From: Chlamydiia bacterium
GTDB taxonomy: Bacteria; Chlamydiota; Chlamydiia; Chlamydiales; 2-12-FULL-49-11
Length of the DNA stretch: 16,964 bases
Assembly (NCBI GenBank): GCA_044359535.1
Contig: JBIKLZ010000025.1
Coordinates: 1-16,964, forward strand
Direction: 5' to 3'
The notes under the pieces were generated by a model. It made no database searches and was not told where the DNA came from. It saw only the letters and a list, made by a program, of their open reading frames with translations. Numbering within the stretch: the stretch's first letter is position 1; each line of letters starts with the position of its first letter. Shown in pieces: positions 8,505 to 16,159 of the stretch. A program made the translations under genes and the position numbers.

Positions 8505-8656
8505 GTTTTTTTTTGAGAAAAATGAAGAATATCATCCTTTTGCAATCCAATAAATTTTTTTATACTCTTTCATAAATCAAACATCTTTAATCACTTATGA
8601 TTCATAGTTGCTATTTATTTAAAATTATTTAGTCTAATAAGAAAAGGAAGGTTTAA

Positions 8657-9997
8657 ATGTCTATTCATGGAGCAAATCCTAACGATCACCCTGTAGATCC
8701 AAGCGAACCTAAAGAATCGGTTTCCAAAAGCACAGGGGGGGGCGCTGCTAATACTGAACAGGGCGAGGATAGTGATAATGAAGAAATTTCTAGAGTTGCT
8801 CAAACCGTTTTCGATTCAACTGGGGGTGGGGGGGGCGCTCCTTCTAGTATTTCAAATCCAACTCAGGTGATAAAAGGCTCTAAAGATTTACTATTTTTAA
8901 AATCTTCGATAAGTAGATTGATAGGAATGTTGGATCTAAACAATTTAGATGCTAAAAATATCAAAAACTATTCTCAGATATTGAATAAGATGGAAGAGTA
9001 TGAACAAGGAGTAATAGAAGACAACTATTCAAAAGGCTACATAAAAAGAGGATTAAACTATCTATATTCTTACGCGGTAACACCGGAAGAAGATCCATTA
9101 CCAAAAGAAATAAGTACATTAAAAGAAAATTTTTCAAAAAAAGCGATGGACAAAATTCAAAATACTTATTTGTCCGTCTCTGGAAGAACTCTTTCTTTAG
9201 AAGAACGAATGAGAATTAGAGATGAAATGAAAGAACTTCTATTTGCTTTAGATCGATCTATCGATATGGATGGATTAGCCCCAACGCAAAAAGGGTTGAT
9301 AGAAGGTTTAGGAACTGAGTTTGGATTGGTTAACGTTACCCCTTCTCAAATTCAAAAAACGGCAAAGTACTCAAGTGAGATATCCCCTAGACTTGATGAA
9401 ATCAATAAGTATTTCTCTTTTGTCCTTCAAAATGTGAAAAGAGATGACATTGATAGAGGATGGTTTAGAACTACAGGCAATACAGTGGCTATTAAACGGG
9501 CAGTGGATCAAATTTTTTCAAACGAAACAGAAGAAGCTAAGTATAGCGGCATTCAACAAGTTGATTACACAGGAATTTTAAAGGAACTTTTAAAACCCCT
9601 TGGTTTACACGTGGTTTTGGATCAAACGCATCTGCCGGCTCTTTTTTTAACGGCTGCAAAAATCGTTGCCAATGAAGATCCCTCACAAATAAGATTATTT
9701 AATATTTATCAGGGGATCCCCTTTATAAAATTCACCTGCCTTAAAATAGAAGATGAATTAAAAAAGCTGATCAATGAACTAGAAAAATATAATGAAGAAC
9801 CATGGATAGAAGCTAAACGATCTTTGAATTTACCTCAAAATGAAAAGTTTAGAGAGGGGGACTTGTTAAAAATGCTACTTGATCCTCTTTCTATAGATCC
9901 TCCCATAGATCAAGCTGTTTTAGATAGGATTGTTTCTCTTATTGCTCAAGAACAGAAATTTCATGAGTTGAGAATCTTGTGTAAGAATAATCGCTAA
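8657..9997 (+). CDS. Hypothetical protein with low-complexity N-terminus (possible secreted effector)
   Basis: 446-aa ORF with SD AAGGAAGG and a terminator right after the stop. The first ~70 aa are Ser/Pro/Gly/acidic-rich and the rest looks helical. No family recognised. Confidence 0.8.
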   Translation: MSIHGANPNDHPVDPSEPKESVSKSTGGGAANTEQGEDSDNEEISRVAQTVFDSTGGGGGAPSSISNPTQVIKGSKDLLFLKSSISRLIGMLDLNNLDAKNIKNYSQILNKMEEYEQGVIEDNYSKGYIKRGLNYLYSYAVTPEEDPLPKEISTLKENFSKKAMDKIQNTYLSVSGRTLSLEERMRIRDEMKELLFALDRSIDMDGLAPTQKGLIEGLGTEFGLVNVTPSQIQKTAKYSSEISPRLDEINKYFSFVLQNVKRDDIDRGWFRTTGNTVAIKRAVDQIFSNETEEAKYSGIQQVDYTGILKELLKPLGLHVVLDQTHLPALFLTAAKIVANEDPSQIRLFNIYQGIPFIKFTCLKIEDELKKLINELEKYNEEPWIEAKRSLNLPQNEKFREGDLLKMLLDPLSIDPPIDQAVLDRIVSLIAQEQKFHELRILCKNNR

Positions 9998-10023
9998 AAG
10001 CCCTTATAGTAAAGGGCTTTTAG
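9994..10023. terminator. Bidirectional intrinsic terminator between the hypothetical gene and nrdB
   Basis: Perfect 12-bp inverted repeat CTAAAAGCCCTT / AAGGGCTTTTAG with loop ATAGTA, between convergent stops. Confidence 0.8.
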
Positions 10024-10032
10024 GCAACATGT

Positions 10033-11070
10033 TTACCAGGAAAGAGAGGCTGCCGACTGATATTCGGTGACCCTTGTTTCAAAAAAGTTTTTTTCTTTTT
10101 GAAGGTCAATGACTTCACTCATCCATGGAAATGGGTTAGATTTTTTATATCGAGCTGAAAGACCAATTCTTTCTAACCGTCTGTCGGCAATGTAGCCTAC
10201 ATATTCTTCAAACATTGGAGCGGTAAGACCTAAAACCCCTTTAGGAAGGCAAGCTTTTGCATAAGCTGTTTCTAAAGATACAGCTTCATCAATCATGTCG
10301 ATGATTTCATTTTGAAATGCCTCACTCCAAAGATTTGGGTTTTCTTCTTTAATTCCATTGATAAGATCAATACCAAAGTTTAAGTGAATGGTTTCATCTC
10401 TTAAGATGAACTGAAATTGCTCTCCAATACCTGACATTTTGTTTTGTCTATGAAGGGATAAAATCATTGCAAATCCGCTATAAAAAAAGATCCCTTCCAT
10501 AATAATATAGTAGGCAATCAAGTTTTTTAAAAAGCTTCTTGCTCCAGTTTCTGTTTCAGTGCTAAAGCCCTCTTTTAAAATCTCTTGAGTGATCTTCATT
10601 TCAAATTGATCTTTTTTTCCAATGACATCAATTTCATTGTACATATTAAAAATTTCAGAAGGATTTAAATCTAACGACTCAACAATATAGTGGAATGTGT
10701 GGGTGTGCAAAGCCTCTTCAAAGGCTTGTCGTAATAGATATTGACGTGCTTCTGGATTTGTCACATGTTTGAAAATAGCAAGAACAATGTTATTGGCAAC
10801 CAAACTTTCAGCAGTTGAAAAAAAACCAAGATTTCTCATCACCATGAGTCGTTCAGCATCACTTAAACCATTAGACTTCCACAGCTCAATATCTTTTGCC
10901 ATAGGCACTTCATTAGGCATCCAGTGGTTTGCACATCCATTAAGGTAATGCTCCCATGCCCACTTGTATTTCATCGGCATAATTTGATTGACATCTACTT
11001 GATTACAATTGATTAAACGCTTTTCTTTAGCTTCAAAACGTTTTACAATTTCGCTTTCTTTTTTATTCAT
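10033..11070 (-). CDS. nrdB: Ribonucleotide reductase beta subunit, class Ic (Mn/Fe, R2c type)
   Basis: FFSTAESLV (Glu first ligand), [12 protein letters not shown] (Phe at the radical-Tyr position), [30 protein letters not shown] place the start at ATG 11070 (SD AGGA, 345 aa) rather than the ORF-track start 11133, which overlaps nrdA. Confidence 0.96.
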   Translation of the reverse strand: MNKKESEIVKRFEAKEKRLINCNQVDVNQIMPMKYKWAWEHYLNGCANHWMPNEVPMAKDIELWKSNGLSDAERLMVMRNLGFFSTAESLVANNIVLAIFKHVTNPEARQYLLRQAFEEALHTHTFHYIVESLDLNPSEIFNMYNEIDVIGKKDQFEMKITQEILKEGFSTETETGARSFLKNLIAYYIIMEGIFFYSGFAMILSLHRQNKMSGIGEQFQFILRDETIHLNFGIDLINGIKEENPNLWSEAFQNEIIDMIDEAVSLETAYAKACLPKGVLGLTAPMFEEYVGYIADRRLERIGLSARYKKSNPFPWMSEVIDLQKEKNFFETRVTEYQSAASLSW

Positions 11071-11107
11071 AAAATTTTTCCTATTGTTTTTTGTTATAAA
11101 GCTTTTT

Positions 11108-14100
11108 TTACTGACATGATTCGCAACCTTCATCCATTGAACAGACCTCTTGTTTTCTTTCTACAACTATATTTGAAGATGCCGATTTATTTTTCATCCA
11201 TCGTGGTTGTAGTCCCCGTTTATTGATATCTGTTGTCGATTTTTCAATCGTTGTAGCTGCAAGGGATCGAAGATAATAGGTGGTTTTAATCCCCTTTTTC
11301 CATGCGGTAAAGTACATCTCATGAAGTTTTTTTCCAGAAGCTTCAGCAAGAAATAGGTTCATCGACTGTCCCATGTCGATCCATTTTTGACGTCTACTTC
11401 CACATTCAATAAGCCATAGAGAATCAATCTCAAAAGCGGTTAAAAAATTTTTCTTTATGTGTGCTGGGATTCTTTCAATTTCTGCAATCGATCCGTCAAA
11501 GTATTTAAGGTCATCAAGCATCTCTTTATCCCAAAGGCCAAGTTTTTTAAGCTCCTCGATAAGGTAGATATTTGCAACTGTAAATTCTCCAGAAAGGTTA
11601 GATTTTACATACAAGTTTTTATAGTTAGGATCAATGGAAGCTGACACTCCAAGGATGTTAGCAATAGTTGCTGTAGGGGCTATTGCCATTGTATTGGAAT
11701 TTCTCATCCCTTGTTTTTTTACAAGGTTGCGTACAAAATCCCAATCCTTTTTAAAGGATCTATCCATATCCACTTTTTGCCCCCTTTCTTTTTCAAGAAG
11801 TTCAATGGTGTCAATTGGAAGTAACCCTTGATCCCATTTAGATCCTTTAAAACTTTGATAAGGGCCCCTTTCTTTAGCAAGGTTAGATGAGGCAATAATA
11901 GCATAGTAAGAAATGATCTCCATGACATCATCTGCCACATCAGCGGCTTGAAAACTTGCATAGCTGATTGATTTTTTGTGTAAAAGATCTTGAAAGCCCA
12001 TCAAACCAAGACCTATAGGTCTATGTTTACTGTTGGAGTTTTTTGCTTCAACAATGGGGTAGAAATTAATATCAATTACGTTATCAAGCATACGGATAGC
12101 TGTTGTCACAGTATACTCAAGGAGGGCCTCGTCGATATTGTTTTCACTATCTAAGTGCGCAATAAGGTTAATAGACCCAAGGTTACACACAGCGACCTCT
12201 TCCTTAGAGGTGTTGAGCAAAATTTCTGTACATAGATTAGAGCTGTGTACTGTCCCTACATGACTTTGAGGGGATCGAACGTTAGAGGGATCTTTGAAGG
12301 TAATCCACGGGTGGCCGGTTTCAAAAAGCATGCTCAACATCTTTCTCCAAAGATCTTTAGCATCTACCCGTCTATACAAAGCAATTTTTCCATCCTCAGC
12401 CTGCTTTTCATATTCTTCATAACGTTTTTCAAAAGCTGAGCCATAAAGACTATGAAGATCAGGGACATCAGAGGGGGTAAATAAGGTCCAATGGCTATTT
12501 TCTTCTACCCGTTTCATGAATAAATCTGGAATCCAGTTTGCTGTATTCATATCGTGAGTGCGTCTTCTTTCATCCCCTGTATTTTTTCGAAGCTCTAAAA
12601 AGTTTTCGATATCTAAGTGCCATGTTTCTAAATATGAACATAAGGCCCCTTTTCTTTTTCCCCCTTGATTTACAGCAACAGCCGTGTCGTTGGCCACTTT
12701 TAAAAATGGGATCACCCCTTGGGATCGTCCGTTTGTCCCTTTTATCATTGACCCAGTTGCACGAACATTTGTCCAATCGTTTCCAAGGCCCCCCGCCCAT
12801 TTAGAGAGTTGGGCGTCGTCAGAAATCACTTTAAAAATGTGAGATAAATCATCATCAATTGTTGAAAGGTAGCAAGAGCTTAATTGTGAATGGTTGGTTC
12901 CAGAGTTAAAGAGAGTTGGAGTTCCAGGGGAGTATAAAAGCTTTGATAAAATAGTGTAAAACTCTATAGCTCTTTGGGTTTTATTCTCTTCTTTTATAGA
13001 TAGACCCATAGAAACTCTCATCCAAAAAATTTGAGGGGTTTCAAGCCTTCTTTCTTTGTGATGAATGAAGTAACGGTCATAAAGAGTTTGGAGTCCAAGG
13101 TATTGAAGCAGGTAGTCTCTTTCTGGGACAAGGGCTTTTGATAGGGCATCTAAATCAAAGTTGTACAATTCTGTTGAAAGCCTTTCTACAGAAATCCCTT
13201 TTTGAATGTAGCTTACAAAGTAGTCCCGATAGCTTTGTTCAAAACTTTTTTCTCTAGAAGAGCACTCTAAAGTTTCCCTATAAATTTTTTCTAAAAGAAG
13301 TTTTGCTGTCACGTAAGTATAGTTAGGTTCAATTTCAATGCACGCGCGAGCTGCCATGATTAAAGCAGTATCCACTTCATTTTCTGTAATCCCTTCATAA
13401 AAATTTAATAAAGAAGCGTGTACCAATGCATCGACATTAACCCCTGTAGTATTTCTACACGCATGAGTGATTTGCTGTCTTACATCATCTTCAGTAATAG
13501 AGTAGGTTGAATTTTTTTCCCCTGTAATAATAAAGGATTTACCTACTGTTTTTGCAATATTGACTGGCTCAACCCCATTTCTTGATCGAATATACTGCTT
13601 AGCTTCATTGTAAAATCCAAGTTCCATAAGAGAGTTTTCAATGATTTCTTCTAACTGCTCTCGAGTAAGACACTCTTGATCAAGGGCAAAAATAGTTTTT
13701 GCAACATGAGCTGTCACTTCGTTAATAGAGGAGATCACCCCTTCTTCAGCCTGCCCTTCAAGGCCATGATGGCTTCTAAATAAACTTTCTAAAGAGGCAG
13801 AAATTTTCATTGGGTTAAAACGCCGTTTTGTAATACCATCGGCACTTAAAATAGTAATGATTTTCTTTCCTTCAGCCCTTTGCTCCCGTTTTTTATCTCG
13901 ATAGAGGATATAATCCCTTGCTACATCATGAAAATTGTTTTTCATCAAAGTGATCTCAACTAAATCTTGTATCCCTTCGACAGTAAGGGTAACCCCTTTT
14001 TCACCAAGGTGCTTTGACTTTTCTTCAACAAGGGTTGTAAGCCTTATAATGGTATTTTTTATAGCCGTGGGAAGGGGAGCCTCTTTGGGGAGATTTTTTG

Positions 14101-14287
14101 TATCACAAAATGCTGCAGCCAAAGCATTTTCAATGCGCTCTCTTTTGAAAGGGAGAATTGTACCATTTCTTTTTACAATGGTAAGAGTATGAGTGGTTGT
14201 TTGTATAACCCCGGTTAATGGATTGATAAGCTCGTTATTTTTCCTATCTTCTTTCTCTTTAGGTAATACGTTTTTATGCTCTTTCAT
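11108..14287 (-). CDS. nrdA: Ribonucleotide reductase alpha subunit with three tandem ATP-cone-like domains
   Basis: [21 protein letters not shown] (thiyl Cys), [23 protein letters not shown] and C-terminal CESC. N-terminal IVKRNG ATP-cone plus two degenerate copies. SD AAAGGAG. Confidence 0.98.
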   Translation of the reverse strand: MKEHKNVLPKEKEDRKNNELINPLTGVIQTTTHTLTIVKRNGTILPFKRERIENALAAAFCDTKNLPKEAPLPTAIKNTIIRLTTLVEEKSKHLGEKGVTLTVEGIQDLVEITLMKNNFHDVARDYILYRDKKREQRAEGKKIITILSADGITKRRFNPMKISASLESLFRSHHGLEGQAEEGVISSINEVTAHVAKTIFALDQECLTREQLEEIIENSLMELGFYNEAKQYIRSRNGVEPVNIAKTVGKSFIITGEKNSTYSITEDDVRQQITHACRNTTGVNVDALVHASLLNFYEGITENEVDTALIMAARACIEIEPNYTYVTAKLLLEKIYRETLECSSREKSFEQSYRDYFVSYIQKGISVERLSTELYNFDLDALSKALVPERDYLLQYLGLQTLYDRYFIHHKERRLETPQIFWMRVSMGLSIKEENKTQRAIEFYTILSKLLYSPGTPTLFNSGTNHSQLSSCYLSTIDDDLSHIFKVISDDAQLSKWAGGLGNDWTNVRATGSMIKGTNGRSQGVIPFLKVANDTAVAVNQGGKRKGALCSYLETWHLDIENFLELRKNTGDERRRTHDMNTANWIPDLFMKRVEENSHWTLFTPSDVPDLHSLYGSAFEKRYEEYEKQAEDGKIALYRRVDAKDLWRKMLSMLFETGHPWITFKDPSNVRSPQSHVGTVHSSNLCTEILLNTSKEEVAVCNLGSINLIAHLDSENNIDEALLEYTVTTAIRMLDNVIDINFYPIVEAKNSNSKHRPIGLGLMGFQDLLHKKSISYASFQAADVADDVMEIISYYAIIASSNLAKERGPYQSFKGSKWDQGLLPIDTIELLEKERGQKVDMDRSFKKDWDFVRNLVKKQGMRNSNTMAIAPTATIANILGVSASIDPNYKNLYVKSNLSGEFTVANIYLIEELKKLGLWDKEMLDDLKYFDGSIAEIERIPAHIKKNFLTAFEIDSLWLIECGSRRQKWIDMGQSMNLFLAEASGKKLHEMYFTAWKKGIKTTYYLRSLAATTIEKSTTDINKRGLQPRWMKNKSASSNIVVERKQEVCSMDEGCESCQ

Positions 14288-14320
14288 AATACTCCTTTAA
14301 ATGATTCTTTCTCTTTTCAA

Positions 14321-14336
14321 ATACTAGATATAGTAT
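14321..14336. promoter_or_regulatory. NrdR box (proximal)
   Basis: ATACTAGATATAGTAT, a 16-bp near-palindrome fitting acaCwAtATaTwGtgt, 34 bp upstream of nrdA. Confidence 0.85.
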
Positions 14337-14352
14337 TTTTTGTCTATGAAAG

Positions 14353-14368
14353 GTACTATATATTGTAT
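14353..14368. promoter_or_regulatory. NrdR box (distal)
   Basis: GTACTATATATTGTAT, 32 bp start-to-start from the proximal box, which is the typical tandem NrdR-box spacing. Confidence 0.85.
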
Positions 14369-14412
14369 TTCTTATCTATTTGTCCAGAGAAAAAAAATCT
14401 TTTTTCTAGAGG

Positions 14413-16071
14413 CTAAATTGTTTGCAATTTAATCAAAACATCGGGTAATGTTGAGGATTTTGCATTGAGTAAAACAGAAAAGATAGGGTAGTGATAGGTC
14501 TCTATAAGGAAGTTTTCTATAGTTTTAGAAGAATCCACATGTTGCAATGAGGTAAGGATGTAAAGGACAGAAACAATTTCACCAAAAAGGAACCATCCGA
14601 GATGAAAAGAGGGAAGATCGATCAAATATAGCCCTTTGATTTTTTCTTTTAAAAGGGTTGCAGCAAAGCTTTTTGGGTCCATAGATTTATAGATTTTAAG
14701 AAGGTCTGTTAAAAGGGTTCGGCTTAATTTTTCTAACAAGATGAGGATGTTTTCATCTGATTCAGGAAAAAATAGGGATAGGGACTTTTGGATGTAATTT
14801 TTTGCCTCGTTAAGGGGGAGATTTTTGATCGTAGGATGTGTAAAACTAAGTCTTATATCCTCTTGGAGGAGTTCGGGTTTGATCTTTGCATAGGTGTGCA
14901 AAAAAGAAATGATTTTTTTTATTAACGGGTTGAAGAGGGAAAGATCGATAGGTACAAACGCATCGATAGGGGGGTTGTTTATAAGTTCAAGAAGATAACT
15001 TATTTGTGTTTGGAAAAAGCCAGAAAGAAAATAACCGATTTGTGAATTAAAGGATTCAAGTTTTCCTAAAGGGGGTTGAACTTTTAAGTAGAAGAAATGG
15101 TAATAGCGAAAAAAATGTTCAGGGATAGAAGGATCAAGGGCTATTTTTTCTAGGGATTTTTGAAGAATATGTAAAGAAAGGGTAGCTTCAAAGAGGTTTT
15201 CACTGTGACTTTTTTGCTTTGTTTCGATGATTTTATAACTACACTGATGAAAAAGGGATTCTAATTCTGATAAAAGAGCCTCAGAAGAGGGACTTTTAAG
15301 GAGAATTTCATGGATAGTTTTTTTGATTCTATAGGAAGGGGAGAAGGGGGCATTTTTTGCAATGGAATCAAAAGAAAGTTCGATCTCACCATGCATCTGA
15401 TTGAGAATTTTGCGAAGTTTTCCTAGTGGGGGAGTTAAACAACATAGGGATAAAGAAGCGATGATTTCATGAATGGGTTTTAGACTCTCAGCTGTGACAG
15501 AAGAAAAGATCGATTTTTTTAAAAGTTTCAGATGAGAAGAAAAATCAAAATTTTTGAAAACGTCTTTCTCCTTAGAAAGGGTGAGTAACTCTTTGATAAA
15601 CATGTGAATAGAAGAAAAAAGATCTTTTTGTATTTTTTTCGAAGCTGGATAGGGGAGTTTTTGAAGAGAGTAAATGACAAGCAAATATTGATGGATGGTT
15701 TCCACTAAAAGTTGTGCTTTAGCAAGGGTGTGGATAGGGTAGTTGGGAAAGTAGGAGATAGAACATAGTTTTTGAAATGCTGAGGTCAATGTCTGAATTT
15801 TTTGGATCTCTTGAGGGGGATGATGATCCTCATCAGTAAAAACATAGGCACTTTTCCACATAGATCCGTGACTTAAGTTTTTTAAAAGGGATTTAAACTC
15901 AGGGAGGGTGAAAAACAGTTGAATTGCTTTTGGAAAAGTTTCTTGTTGTGAAAGGGCTAGAATTTGTTGTCCAAGTTCGATATTAAGCTCTTTATTGGAT
16001 CTTTTCCAATGTGCAGAAAAGCTAAATAGCTTATTGGCTTTAGGTCGAAGTTTTTTTAAAGACCTGTGCAT
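14413..16071 (-). CDS. Hypothetical protein, Leu/Ile/Ser/Phe/Lys-rich, predicted all-helical
   Basis: Long ORF (track 14413..16110). I prefer the start at ATG 16071 (MHRSLKK...) because the upstream ATGs fall inside a good promoter match. No motif recognised. Confidence 0.75.
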   Translation of the reverse strand: MHRSLKKLRPKANKLFSFSAHWKRSNKELNIELGQQILALSQQETFPKAIQLFFTLPEFKSLLKNLSHGSMWKSAYVFTDEDHHPPQEIQKIQTLTSAFQKLCSISYFPNYPIHTLAKAQLLVETIHQYLLVIYSLQKLPYPASKKIQKDLFSSIHMFIKELLTLSKEKDVFKNFDFSSHLKLLKKSIFSSVTAESLKPIHEIIASLSLCCLTPPLGKLRKILNQMHGEIELSFDSIAKNAPFSPSYRIKKTIHEILLKSPSSEALLSELESLFHQCSYKIIETKQKSHSENLFEATLSLHILQKSLEKIALDPSIPEHFFRYYHFFYLKVQPPLGKLESFNSQIGYFLSGFFQTQISYLLELINNPPIDAFVPIDLSLFNPLIKKIISFLHTYAKIKPELLQEDIRLSFTHPTIKNLPLNEAKNYIQKSLSLFFPESDENILILLEKLSRTLLTDLLKIYKSMDPKSFAATLLKEKIKGLYLIDLPSFHLGWFLFGEIVSVLYILTSLQHVDSSKTIENFLIETYHYPIFSVLLNAKSSTLPDVLIKLQTI

Positions 16072-16096
16072 AAAAACCCTGTTTTTTTTGCACACT

Positions 16097-16125
16097 ATCA
16101 TAGAAAACATATATACTAAAGTCTA
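16097..16125 (-). promoter_or_regulatory. Candidate sigma70-type promoter for the 14413-16071 gene
   Basis: - strand TAGACT (16125-16120), 17 nt, TATGAT (16102-16097). Confidence 0.5.
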
Positions 16126-16159
16126 AAATCTCTACTACACTTTAGAAAAAAAAAGCAAG

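Noticed and set aside
8735..8835. G8 tracts as phase-variation switches in the orphan gene
   Set aside because: Similar G/C runs occur in sucC, sucD (1558-1565) and the M16C gene (7078-7086), reflecting GGG glycine codon use. The frame is intact, so there is no specific evidence.
11071..11133. 21-aa N-terminal extension of NrdB overlapping nrdA
   Set aside because: ATG 11070 has an SD and gives a typical 345-aa R2. The extension is simply an open frame through the intergenic gap.
11108..14287. Intein or intron in the unusually long nrdA
   Set aside because: The extra length is explained by the N-terminal ATP-cones, the catalytic motifs are normally spaced, and no splicing or homing-endonuclease motifs are seen.
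10033..14287. Recent inversion of nrdAB detectable from strand composition
   Set aside because: Spot-checked third-position usage resembles the other - strand gene (M16C), so I see no compositional discontinuity by eye.
14388..14407. Terminator between the orphan gene and nrdA
   Set aside because: The stem is almost entirely A-T (AGAAAAAA/TTTTTTCT) and too weak to call.
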